Positions 18,582 through 27,732 of a DNA stretch of 64,000 bases are shown one piece after another. The stretch spans positions 14,133 to 78,132 of the forward strand of contig JBGZBP010000008.1 of NCBI GenBank assembly GCA_041844735.1. The letters are read 5' to 3'. The notes beneath the pieces were generated by a model. It made no database searches. It saw only the letters and a list, made by a program, of their open reading frames with translations, and was not told the DNA's origin. Within the stretch, counting starts at the first letter, position 1, and each line of letters opens with the position of its first letter. The position numbers and the translations under genes were made by a program. Source of the stretch: Bacillota bacterium. Its GTDB lineage: Bacteria; Bacillota; Clostridia; Peptostreptococcales; Anaerovoracaceae.

Positions 18582-19367
18582 ATGAAAACAAGGATATTAT
18601 CAGGATTGTTGATGTTGCCATTACTGTTGGTAGTCTTTTTTGGAGGAAAGGTGATTTTAGCAGGATGTTTGATTATAGGATTAATGGGAATCCGTGAGTT
18701 TTTTAAGGTGTTTGAAACATCGGGAACAAAGGCATCTTACCCTATAGCATGTGTTATGACGGCGGCGCTTTATGCAATCAATTTGTTCACGGATGATTCC
18801 AAGTATTATGTTGTATGGGTATTCGTAACAGTGTTGGTAAGCCTGTTATATATGTTTGATATAGATAACAGGAAACCCGAAGATAGTATGCTTACAGCAT
18901 TCGGACTGTTTTATGTCGTTTTTTTCTCTTTTCATGTCGCATTGGTGGAGCAGGCGGATAAGTACGGAATACTGGTATGGCTAATATTTTTAACGGCATT
19001 CGGAACGGATGTTATGGCATATTTTTCGGGATTTTTATTCGGAAAGCATAAATTATGTCCGAAAATAAGTCCTAAAAAGACTATAGAAGGAGCGATAGGC
19101 GGAGTTTTAGGCAGCGTTGTTTTGTCGGGGATATTCGGATATTTTTTTGCACGGGAAGTTTTTATTCATTGCCTTCTGATAGGTATGCTTGGAGGAATCA
19201 TATCGCAGTTCGGTGATCTTACCGCATCGATATTCAAGAGAAAACTCGGAATAAAAGATTATGGAAATTTAATTCCGGGACATGGAGGTATAATGGACAG
19301 ATTTGACAGTGTACTGTTCACTGCACCTTTGGTATATTATTATATAAGATTCCTGATAATGAATTGA
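18582..19367 (+). CDS. cdsA: Phosphatidate cytidylyltransferase
   Basis: Polytopic membrane protein with C-terminal SQFGDLTASIFKR...PGHGGIMDRFDS signature. Confidence 0.9.
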   Translation: MKTRILSGLLMLPLLLVVFFGGKVILAGCLIIGLMGIREFFKVFETSGTKASYPIACVMTAALYAINLFTDDSKYYVVWVFVTVLVSLLYMFDIDNRKPEDSMLTAFGLFYVVFFSFHVALVEQADKYGILVWLIFLTAFGTDVMAYFSGFLFGKHKLCPKISPKKTIEGAIGGVLGSVVLSGIFGYFFAREVFIHCLLIGMLGGIISQFGDLTASIFKRKLGIKDYGNLIPGHGGIMDRFDSVLFTAPLVYYYIRFLIMN

Positions 19368-19442
19368 CAGCAAATATATATAACAACAATAGATAGAGGA
19401 ATAATTTGATTTTCTGTGGGATTGAGAGGGAAATTACACAGC

Positions 19443-20579
19443 ATGAAAAAAATAGGTATTTTGGGATCTACAGGTTCTATCGGGACACAGGGTCTTGATA
19501 TTGTAAGAGAAAACCCGGATTTATTCAAAGTTACGGCATTGGCTTGCAATGAAAATATAGAATTGCTTCAAAAGCAAATAACGGAGTTTTCACCGGAAGC
19601 AGTGTGTGTTTTTAATGAAGCAAGAGCTATGGAACTCAGCAGAAACTTGCCGAGACAAGAAATTTTAGCAGGATATCAGGGACTCTGTGATATAGCAGGA
19701 GCAGTGGATTATGATTTGCTTTTAAACGGTGTCATGGGAATGATAGGACTTGAACCCACATATCGAGCTATAGATTCGGGTAAAGATGTTGCTCTGGCAA
19801 ACAAGGAAACATTGGTGGCAGCAGGTGAGATAATAATGAATGCTGCAAGATATAAGGGTGTAAACATATATCCCGTGGATAGTGAACACAGTGCTATATT
19901 TCAATGTTTGGCGGGCGAAAAAAAGGAATCCGTTAAAAATGTAATAATTACTGCATCGGGAGGCCCTTTTTTGGGTATGAAAAAGAAGCAGTTGGATAAT
20001 GTTACTGCATCGGATGCTTTAAAACACCCTAATTGGTCGATGGGAAAAAAAATCACTATAGATTCCGCAACACTAATGAACAAAGGTCTGGAGGTAATAG
20101 AGGCTAAATGGCTTTTTGATTTGGAACCGGACCGGATTAAAGTGGTGGTGCATCCTCAGAGTATTATACATTCAATGGTGGAGTTCAAGGATAATGCCGT
20201 ATTGGCACAGATGGGAGTTCCTGATATGAAAGTGCCCATATCACTGGGGCTTTCAGGATATTCAAGAATAGAGAACAAGTCTGACAGTTTGGATTTGGTA
20301 AAGATAGGCGAGCTGACATTTTTACAGCCTGATATGGATACATTTCCATGCTTGCAGTATGCTTTTGATGCATTGAAAATAGGCGGAACTGCCACATGCA
20401 CATTGAACTCGGCAAATGAAGTTTTAGTATCAAAATTTTTAAAAGGGGAAATTAAATTCTTGGATATCCCGAAAGGGATAGAAAAGATAATGTCAGAATC
20501 AGAATTTATAAAAAATCCTTCTTTGGAGGAAATTCTGGAGCTGGATAAGGAAATAAGGGGGAGAATTTTAAAATGCTAA
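19443..20579 (+). CDS. dxr: 1-deoxy-D-xylulose-5-phosphate reductoisomerase
   Basis: MKKIGILGSTGSIGTQGLDIV N-terminus. The track's GTG at 19416 adds a non-conserved extension. Confidence 0.95.
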   Translation: MKKIGILGSTGSIGTQGLDIVRENPDLFKVTALACNENIELLQKQITEFSPEAVCVFNEARAMELSRNLPRQEILAGYQGLCDIAGAVDYDLLLNGVMGMIGLEPTYRAIDSGKDVALANKETLVAAGEIIMNAARYKGVNIYPVDSEHSAIFQCLAGEKKESVKNVIITASGGPFLGMKKKQLDNVTASDALKHPNWSMGKKITIDSATLMNKGLEVIEAKWLFDLEPDRIKVVVHPQSIIHSMVEFKDNAVLAQMGVPDMKVPISLGLSGYSRIENKSDSLDLVKIGELTFLQPDMDTFPCLQYAFDALKIGGTATCTLNSANEVLVSKFLKGEIKFLDIPKGIEKIMSESEFIKNPSLEEILELDKEIRGRILKC

Positions 20580-21580
20580 CAATTATTGCAGCTATATTGA
20601 TATTTTGTGTGCTTATATTCGTACATGAACTGGGTCACTTTATCGCAGCAAAGGCATGCGGGGTAGGTGTAATCGAGTTTTCGCTGGGAATGGGGCCGAG
20701 AATAATTCATTTTAAAGGTAAAGAGACGGAGTATTCTTTGAGGATACTTCCTATAGGCGGTTTTTGCAAGATGCTTGGAGAAGATGAGGAAAATCCGGAT
20801 CCTAAAGCGTTAAATAATAAAAAAGCTTGGCAAAGGGGAATCGTATTCGGTGCAGGGGCATTTATGAACCTTGTTACTGCTGTCGTTATTATGATAGCTT
20901 TGGTGATGGCTACGGGATTCCCATCTGATGCAAATGTCATAGGCGGCTTGCAAAAAGGTATGCCGGCAGCGGTTTCGGGCTTTAAAGAGGGAGATAAGAT
21001 AGTAAAAATAGACGGCAAACAAGTCGATACATGGAATGAAGTGACATCCACGATAGCGGCATCAGAGAACCGAGAATTATCAATAGTTGTAAATAGGGAC
21101 GGTAACGAAATCAACCTCACATGTGATGTAGAGAAGGATAAAAACGGAGACAGTAAAATAGGAATAATACCGGTAATGGAAAAAGACTATACCAAGTCGG
21201 TAGGTAAAGGATTTGTTGCAACATGGAATTTAGGCAAAAACATGATTGCGGTATTGGGAAAATTAGTTACAGGTGAGGTTTCTCCAAGAAATTTAACGGG
21301 GCCTGTAGGTATAGTTGTGATGGTTGGAGACAGCGTAAAGACCGGGATATCAAACATAGCATTTTTAACTGCATTGATAAGCTTGAACCTGGCAATATTT
21401 AATTTGCTTCCATTCCCGGCTTTGGATGGCGGCAGAATATTGTTTTTGATTATCAGAAGTATTACCAAAAAGGAAATACCGGACTCGGTAGAAGGTAAGA
21501 TACACATGGTAGGATTGCTGCTTTTGTTCGGATTAATGATAGTTGTTACCATACAGGATGTTTGGAGGTTTATCCTATGA
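20573..21580 (+). CDS. rseP: RIP metalloprotease RseP (site-2 protease with PDZ domain)
   Basis: HELGHF zinc motif, central PDZ (GFKEGDKIVKIDG), C-terminal NLLPFPALDGG. Confidence 0.9.
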   Translation: MLTIIAAILIFCVLIFVHELGHFIAAKACGVGVIEFSLGMGPRIIHFKGKETEYSLRILPIGGFCKMLGEDEENPDPKALNNKKAWQRGIVFGAGAFMNLVTAVVIMIALVMATGFPSDANVIGGLQKGMPAAVSGFKEGDKIVKIDGKQVDTWNEVTSTIAASENRELSIVVNRDGNEINLTCDVEKDKNGDSKIGIIPVMEKDYTKSVGKGFVATWNLGKNMIAVLGKLVTGEVSPRNLTGPVGIVVMVGDSVKTGISNIAFLTALISLNLAIFNLLPFPALDGGRILFLIIRSITKKEIPDSVEGKIHMVGLLLLFGLMIVVTIQDVWRFIL

Positions 21581-22659
21581 CGGTAAAGGTTATGGTGGGG
21601 GACGTTGCTATAGGCGGAGGAGCTCCTGTTTCAATACAGTCTATGTGTAATACGGATACAAGGGATGTAAAATCCACGTTACAGCAGATACAAAGATTGA
21701 ATGAAGCAGGCTGTGATATAGTGCGGCTTGCAGTGCCGGATAAGGAAGCGGCTGAGGCGATAGCGGAGATAAAGAAGCGCAGTCCTTTACCTATAGTTGC
21801 AGATATTCATTTCGACTATCGTTTGGCACTTTTGTCCTTGGATAACGGGGCTGATAAACTCCGTATAAATCCCGGAAACATAGGCGGCAAGGATAAACTG
21901 CTTGAAGTAGTGAACAAGGCTAAAGAAAAAAAAGTACCTATAAGAGTGGGTGTGAATGCGGGCTCATTGGAAAAAGCCTTGCTTGAAAAATATGGAGGCA
22001 TAACACCCGAAGCATTGTGTGAAAGTGCAGAAAACACTTTGGAATATATGTATGCTGCCGGATTTTATGATGTTGTCCTATCAATTAAAGCCTCTGATGT
22101 AAGGCTTAATTATGATAGCCACTTATTGATAAAAGAAAAATTGGATGTACCTCTTCACATAGGAATCACAGAAGCAGGAACAGGAAGCAGCGGAATCATT
22201 AAATCGGCAGTCGGGATAGGGGCACTTTTACTTAACGGCATAGGTGATACAATAAGGGTGTCGCTCACAGGGGATCCGGTGCAGGAAGTGCATACGGCGA
22301 AAGAAATATTGAGGTCCATAGGATTACAAGATAACTATATAAATTTGATTTCTTGCCCCACATGCGGAAGGTGTCAGATAGATTTAAAAAGAATTACCGA
22401 CGATGTGCAGGAGATGATAAGGAAAATTGAACCGGAAATTCAGAGAAGGAAGATCGGTAAAATAGATGTTGCGGTAATGGGTTGCTCGGTAAATGGTCCC
22501 GGAGAGGCTAAGAATGCTGATATAGGAATAGCAGGAGGCAAGAAAAACGGACTGCTTATAAGCAAAGGAGAGATAATAGCCAGGGTACCCGAGAAAGAAT
22601 TAAAGGAAGTACTCTATAAAGAGATTCAAAAAAGATATCTTGGAGAGATTGATGATTGA
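21577..22659 (+). CDS. ispG: 4-hydroxy-3-methylbut-2-en-1-yl diphosphate synthase
   Basis: GGGAPVSIQSMCNT..., CPTCGRC and GCSVNGPGE cluster ligands. ATGA overlap with the rseP stop. Confidence 0.95.
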   Translation: MTVKVMVGDVAIGGGAPVSIQSMCNTDTRDVKSTLQQIQRLNEAGCDIVRLAVPDKEAAEAIAEIKKRSPLPIVADIHFDYRLALLSLDNGADKLRINPGNIGGKDKLLEVVNKAKEKKVPIRVGVNAGSLEKALLEKYGGITPEALCESAENTLEYMYAAGFYDVVLSIKASDVRLNYDSHLLIKEKLDVPLHIGITEAGTGSSGIIKSAVGIGALLLNGIGDTIRVSLTGDPVQEVHTAKEILRSIGLQDNYINLISCPTCGRCQIDLKRITDDVQEMIRKIEPEIQRRKIGKIDVAVMGCSVNGPGEAKNADIGIAGGKKNGLLISKGEIIARVPEKELKEVLYKEIQKRYLGEIDD

Positions 22660-25600
22660 GATTTTTGAAAAAAATATTCCATGGGAAAAAATAAACATTG
22701 ATAAAAGTCAGTGCAAAATAGAAATTTTAAAAGGTACCGTTTCCAGAGAAACAGGTGCTTTTACATTGCATGTCCTTTTGGATTTCATCATACCATATGA
22801 AAACCATTTGGACATAATAGATGAGCTTAAGAAAAAAATAGGCAGTGAAACATCTGTTTATATTGAGTATGTGTATGAAAAAGGTGTACGGAATATACAC
22901 GCCGTTCCTGAATTGTTGACACCGTATGCAATAAATGCCGTTTTCGATAAGGCGAGGTATATTGCCAGCAGCATTGATATTTCAGGGATATCCGTCGAGG
23001 ATAATAAGGTGTTGATACCTGTGCTGGGTAAAGCCGTCGAGGAAAATCTGAATGCAGGAGCGAAAAATTCAATCGAAAAATACATTAAAGAAAAAACAGG
23101 AACAGAGGTTGATGTAATATTTGTAAATAATCAAAAGTCGTGCGAAGACAGAAAAGAGCAGGCAAGAGCTGTTGACAACAAGGAAATGGCAGAGATGGAA
23201 AGAGAGATTTCCAAGCAGAAGAAAATTAATGTTTCCAACAAGAATAAGGCTAATTCAGATAAATCGGACGGTAAGAAATATAGCAGAGGTGAGACGGAAG
23301 TTGTAGGTAATTTAATTTATGGTAAAAAAATTTCCATTCAGCCGGTTGCACTGTCAGGCATAGGAAAAGACAGCGGGAATGTTGCAGTCGAGGGAACTGT
23401 ATTTAAACTTGACAGTAGGGATACAAAAAATGGAAATAAGATTGCGATGATTTATATTACAGACGAAAACACATCGATATACATAAAATGTTTTATGTCG
23501 CATAAAAAATGGGAAGATTTAAATGATCATATACAGATAGGTTCCAATGTTAGAATTCAGGGAGAGGCGGAGTTCGATCCATTTGAAAGATGCGTTGCAA
23601 TAAACGGAAGAGCTATAGAAAAGACAGCGGAGAAAAAAGTAAGACAGGACAATTCCGAGATTAAAAGAGTAGAACTTCATACGCACACTAAGATGAGTGC
23701 CATGGACGGACTGAGCGAGCCGAAAGAAATGGTGAAATTGGCAGCAGAATTTGGACATAAGGCGGTGGCGGTCACGGATCACGGTGTGGTGCAGGCATTT
23801 CCGGACTGTGCAGGTGCCGCAAAAAAAGCCGGGATTAAGATGATATATGGCGTGGAAGGGTATTTAGTTGAGGAAATATCGGATGCTAAGGGCAATATAG
23901 ACTATAAATCAAACAAGACGAATCACATTATACTTTTGGCAAAAGATAATGTGGGGCTTAAAAATTTGTATAAAATAGTTTCACTTTCTCATATAAAATA
24001 TTTTTACAGAAAACCGAGAATAACAAGAGCATTACTTGAAGAATACAGAGAGGGTATCATAGTAGGCGGAGCTTGTGAGGCGGGTGAAATATATCAGGCT
24101 TTTTTGAGAGGTAAAACCGAAGCCGAGAAATTATCAATAGCCGAACGTTATGATTATTTTGAAATACAGCCACTATGCAATAATAAATTTCTTATAGATA
24201 ACGGTTCGGTTGCTTCCGAAGAAGAACTGAAAAATATAAACAAGGAAATAATTGAATTTGGTAAAAAATTGGGCAAGCTTACAGTGGCGACATGCGATGC
24301 ACACTATTTGGAGGAAAAGCACGACATATACAGGACGATATTGCAGGCGGGTCAGGGCTATCAAGATATTGAGGGTAATAAGGGACTATATTTCAGAACC
24401 ACGGAAGAGATGCTCAGTGAGTTTGAGTATTTAGGAGAAGATTTGGCATATGAGGTAGTAGTAAAGAATACCAATATAATCGCAGACATGATTGAAGAGA
24501 TTAAGCCGGTACCTGACGGAAAGTTTCCTCCAAAGATAGAAGGAGCGGACGAGAGACTGAGAGATACCTGCATGAAAAGAGTACATGCCATATACGGTGA
24601 AACTTTACCGGATATAGTAAAAGAAAGGCTTGATAAGGAATTAAACTCCATCATAAGCAACGGATATGCGGTGATGTATGTTTCAGCAGAAAAATTGGTG
24701 CAAAAATCCATAAAGGACGGATATTTGGTCGGGTCAAGAGGATCCGTGGGATCATCATTTGCAGCCACGATGGGAGGGATTACAGAAGTTAATCCTTTAC
24801 CTGCTCATTATGTTTGTCCGGATTGCTGCCATTCGGAGTTTCCTGCCGGATATGATTGCGGTGTTGATATGCCGGACAAAAATTGCCCGATTTGCGGCTC
24901 CAAATATAAAAAAGACGGATTTAATATACCGTTTGAAGTCTTCTTGGGCTTTGAGGGTGATAAAGAGCCGGATATAGATTTGAACTTTGCAGGTGAATAC
25001 CAGCCGGTGGCACATAGGTATGTAGAAGAAATGTTCGGTAAGGACAATGTTTTTAGAGCCGGAACTATAGGAACCATCGCACAGAAGACAGCGTTCGGAT
25101 TTGTAGCGAAGTACTGTGAGGAGTCGAATCGTGTACTTAACAGATTTGAAATGGAAAGGATAGCGGGATGTTGTGTGGGTGTAAGGAGAACAACGGGACA
25201 GCATCCGGGGGGCATAATAATAGTTCCGGACGGACATGAGATTTATGAATTCTGCCCTATACAAAGACCTGCAAATGACAGCAGCACGGATATTATTACC
25301 ACACATTTTGATTATCATTCTATAGATCAAAATCTTTTAAAACTGGATATTCTGGGGCACGACGTGCCGTCCATGATAAGACATTTACAGGATCTTACCG
25401 ATATTGATCCATTAAGTGTTCCGTTGAGTGATGATAGGGTGACGAGCATATTCAACGGCATTTCAGGATTGGATATCAAGGATAAAGACTATAAATTCAA
25501 GCATGGTAGTTACGGAATACCCGAATTCGGTACTAAGTTTGTAAGACAGATGCTGGATGATACCAAACCTCAAAATTTTGCGGATTTAATCAGAATATCG

Positions 25601-26389
25601 GGGTTTTCACACGGGACGGATGTGTGGCTTAACAATGCTCAGGAATTTTTGAAAAACGAAACGGCTACCATGAAGGAAGTTATTTCTACGAGGGATGATA
25701 TAATGCTTTACTTAATTGATAAGCATGTTCCGAACAAGCAAGCATTTAAGATAATGGAGTCCGTGAGAAAGGGAAAGGGGCTTACCGAAGAACAGGAGGC
25801 CGAGATGAGATCCCATGATGTTCCGGAGTGGTACATAGAGTCATGCAAAAGGATTCAATACATGTTTCCGAAAGCTCATGCGGTTGCTTACGTAATGATG
25901 GCTTACAGAATAGCCTATTATAAAGTTTACTATCCTGTGGAGTTTTATGCGGTTATATTTACAACCAAGATTGCATCCTTTGATACGGAAACTATTTTGA
26001 AAGGTCAAAAAGCGGTGGAAGATAAACTCTATGAGTTGGAAAATTATCCGGAAAAACTGACGCAAAAGCAGGTTGATCAGGTGGTTGTATATGAACTTGC
26101 ATATGAAATGTATGCGAGGGGATTTGAGTTTATGCCTCCTGACATAGACATATCCGAGGCTATGAGATTCACAAAAAGGGACGGAAAAGTTCTGCTGCCT
26201 CTGGGAGCATTGGAGGGAGTCGGCGAAAATGCAGCTAAAGCCATAAAGGAGGAATTAAACAAGAGAGAGTTTTGCTCCGTGGAAGATATGAGAATAAGGT
26301 GCAAGCTTAACAAAAATGCCATAGAGGCTCTGATGGAGAGCAATGCGGCAGGAGGATTGCCGACTACAAACCAGATAAGTATGTTTTAG
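22652..26389 (+). CDS. polC: PolC-type DNA polymerase III alpha subunit lacking the internal DEDDh 3'-5' exonuclease domain (about 1245 aa)
   Basis: OB fold. PHP motifs (ELHTHTKMSAMDG, VTDHG, GVEGY, NHIILL, CDAHY). GSRGSVGSSFAATM, Zn module CPDCCHSEF...CPICG, PGGIIIVP, LKLDILGHD, KAHAVAYV. Only about 15 aa lie where the exonuclease normally sits. Confidence 0.9.
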   Translation: MIEIFEKNIPWEKINIDKSQCKIEILKGTVSRETGAFTLHVLLDFIIPYENHLDIIDELKKKIGSETSVYIEYVYEKGVRNIHAVPELLTPYAINAVFDKARYIASSIDISGISVEDNKVLIPVLGKAVEENLNAGAKNSIEKYIKEKTGTEVDVIFVNNQKSCEDRKEQARAVDNKEMAEMEREISKQKKINVSNKNKANSDKSDGKKYSRGETEVVGNLIYGKKISIQPVALSGIGKDSGNVAVEGTVFKLDSRDTKNGNKIAMIYITDENTSIYIKCFMSHKKWEDLNDHIQIGSNVRIQGEAEFDPFERCVAINGRAIEKTAEKKVRQDNSEIKRVELHTHTKMSAMDGLSEPKEMVKLAAEFGHKAVAVTDHGVVQAFPDCAGAAKKAGIKMIYGVEGYLVEEISDAKGNIDYKSNKTNHIILLAKDNVGLKNLYKIVSLSHIKYFYRKPRITRALLEEYREGIIVGGACEAGEIYQAFLRGKTEAEKLSIAERYDYFEIQPLCNNKFLIDNGSVASEEELKNINKEIIEFGKKLGKLTVATCDAHYLEEKHDIYRTILQAGQGYQDIEGNKGLYFRTTEEMLSEFEYLGEDLAYEVVVKNTNIIADMIEEIKPVPDGKFPPKIEGADERLRDTCMKRVHAIYGETLPDIVKERLDKELNSIISNGYAVMYVSAEKLVQKSIKDGYLVGSRGSVGSSFAATMGGITEVNPLPAHYVCPDCCHSEFPAGYDCGVDMPDKNCPICGSKYKKDGFNIPFEVFLGFEGDKEPDIDLNFAGEYQPVAHRYVEEMFGKDNVFRAGTIGTIAQKTAFGFVAKYCEESNRVLNRFEMERIAGCCVGVRRTTGQHPGGIIIVPDGHEIYEFCPIQRPANDSSTDIITTHFDYHSIDQNLLKLDILGHDVPSMIRHLQDLTDIDPLSVPLSDDRVTSIFNGISGLDIKDKDYKFKHGSYGIPEFGTKFVRQMLDDTKPQNFADLIRISGFSHGTDVWLNNAQEFLKNETATMKEVISTRDDIMLYLIDKHVPNKQAFKIMESVRKGKGLTEEQEAEMRSHDVPEWYIESCKRIQYMFPKAHAVAYVMMAYRIAYYKVYYPVEFYAVIFTTKIASFDTETILKGQKAVEDKLYELENYPEKLTQKQVDQVVVYELAYEMYARGFEFMPPDIDISEAMRFTKRDGKVLLPLGALEGVGENAAKAIKEELNKREFCSVEDMRIRCKLNKNAIEALMESNAAGGLPTTNQISMF

Positions 26390-26402
26390 TTGGTTAAAGC
26401 TG

Positions 26403-26432
26403 TTGTTTATACCATTGTTTATCGGGTATAAT
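26403..26432 (+). promoter_or_regulatory. Candidate sigma-A promoter for the superoxide reductase gene (TTGTTT, 18 nt, TATAAT)
   Basis: -35-like element at 26403-26408 and perfect -10 at 26427-26432, upstream of the gene starting at 26498. Confidence 0.3.
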
Positions 26433-26452
26433 ATAAATATGCTGAATAAATG

Positions 26453-26467
26453 TGATTATTATTGTTA
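26453..26467. promoter_or_regulatory. Fur/PerR-like box candidate (TGATTATTATTGTTA)
   Basis: Matches 11 of the 14 defined positions of the TGATAATNATTATCA consensus. It lies between the putative promoter and the SOR start codon. Confidence 0.25.
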
Positions 26468-26497
26468 AATATAATATGTGAAAGAGAGGAAAGTATC

Positions 26498-26881
26498 ATG
26501 AAAGAACCTAAATTTTTTATTTGTAAACACTGTGGAAACATTATAGGAATGGTAGTAGATAAAGGTGTTCCTATGGTTTGTTGTGGCGAGAAAATGCATG
26601 AGTTGGTGCCTAACACTGAAGATGCGGCAACAGAAAAGCATGTACCTGTAGTTTCACAGGAAGGCAATTTGGTTAAAGTAAGTGTAGGTAGCGTGGAACA
26701 TCCTATGATGGACGAACATTATATTCAATATATTTACTTGCTAACTAAGCAGGGTGGACAGAGAAAACCGTTGAAGCCGGGTGAAAAACCGGAGGTACAG
26801 TTCGCACTTGCTCCCGGAGATGAAGCGGTGGCAGCTTACGAATATTGCAACCTTCACGGATTGTGGAAGAAAGAAATATAA
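26498..26881 (+). CDS. dfx: Desulfoferrodoxin-type (2Fe) superoxide reductase
   Basis: N-terminal centre I CxxC...CC (CKHCGN...VCCGE). Centre II ligands EKHVPV, HPMMDEH, CNLHG. ATG at 26498 follows AGAGAGGA. Confidence 0.85.
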   Translation: MKEPKFFICKHCGNIIGMVVDKGVPMVCCGEKMHELVPNTEDAATEKHVPVVSQEGNLVKVSVGSVEHPMMDEHYIQYIYLLTKQGGQRKPLKPGEKPEVQFALAPGDEAVAAYEYCNLHGLWKKEI

Positions 26882-26936
26882 TCGATTTAAACATTTTAGT
26901 TGAGAAGTCGAATTGTATTAATATAATTTAATCTGC

Positions 26937-26983
26937 AAAAAATCTCCCGCTTGGGTTATCCAAGTGGGAGATTTTTGATTTTT
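26937..26983. terminator. Strong bidirectional Rho-independent terminator
   Basis: AAAAAATCTCCCGCTTGG-GTTAT-CCAAGTGGGAGATTTTT is a 12-bp GC-rich stem (one G-U) with A-run and T-run flanks. It overlaps the track's TTG start at 26951. Confidence 0.75.
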
Positions 26984-27037
26984 CAACGTGTTTGTGGTAA
27001 AATACTAGAAAATATATTTTTGATCCGGCAGGTGAAT

Positions 27038-27727
27038 ATGGAGAGTATTTCAGACAGAACAGAGCTGCTTATAGGCAGTGAATCAATAGAAAAAATAAAG
27101 AATTTAAAAGTGCTGATTTTCGGGGTAGGCGGTGTCGGATCTTATGTTGTCGAGACACTTTGTCGACTCGGTGTAGGTAAAATAGGGATATGTGATAAAG
27201 ATAAGGTTTCCATAAGCAATATAAACAGGCAGATACCTGCGCTTCACAGCACGGTGGGTATGGCAAAAGTGGATGTAATGGAAAAAAGGATGAAGGATAT
27301 AAATCCCGATATAATCGTGGAAAAGTATGAATTTTTTTATGGGGAAGATTCATCCTGTGATATAGAATTGAAGGAATATGATTATATAGTTGATGCAATA
27401 GACAGTATAAAATCAAAGCTTTTTCTTATAAAAAAAGCTGATGAATACGGGATACGAATAATATCATCTATGGGTGCGGGAAATAAATTCAATCCCGGAG
27501 GCTTTATGGTAGATGATATATACAATACACAGGTAGACCCTATTGCAAAAATAATGAGACGAGAACTTAAGAAAATGGGGATTAAAAGCTTGAAGGTTGT
27601 TTATTCAAGGGAAAACCCTGTAGGAAACGATTCCGGGGTGATAGGAAGCATGCCGTTTGTACCGGGAGCATGCGGACTCGTTATAGCCGGTGAGGTTTTT
27701 AAGGAACTCGTGCTGGAGAAGGAGTAG
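27038..27727 (+). CDS. tcdA: tRNA threonylcarbamoyladenosine dehydratase (ThiF/MoeB-fold, TcdA/CsdL-like)
   Basis: IFGVGGVGSYVVETLCRLGVGKIGICDKDKVSISNINRQ. The start is reassigned to MESISD because the upstream extension lies inside the terminator hairpin. Confidence 0.75.
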   Translation: MESISDRTELLIGSESIEKIKNLKVLIFGVGGVGSYVVETLCRLGVGKIGICDKDKVSISNINRQIPALHSTVGMAKVDVMEKRMKDINPDIIVEKYEFFYGEDSSCDIELKEYDYIVDAIDSIKSKLFLIKKADEYGIRIISSMGAGNKFNPGGFMVDDIYNTQVDPIAKIMRRELKKMGIKSLKVVYSRENPVGNDSGVIGSMPFVPGACGLVIAGEVFKELVLEKE

Positions 27728-27732
27728 AAGTT

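Noticed and set aside
24797-25330. 177-aa and 135-aa minus-strand ORFs, and several short + strand out-of-frame ORFs, inside polC
   Set aside because: They are nested in a continuous, motif-rich PolC reading frame. They have no independent signals.
26951-27037. Track-predicted TTG start and 29-aa N-terminal extension of the TcdA-like gene
   Set aside because: The TTG lies inside the stem of the strong terminator at 26937-26983. The conserved protein begins at MESISD (ATG 27038).
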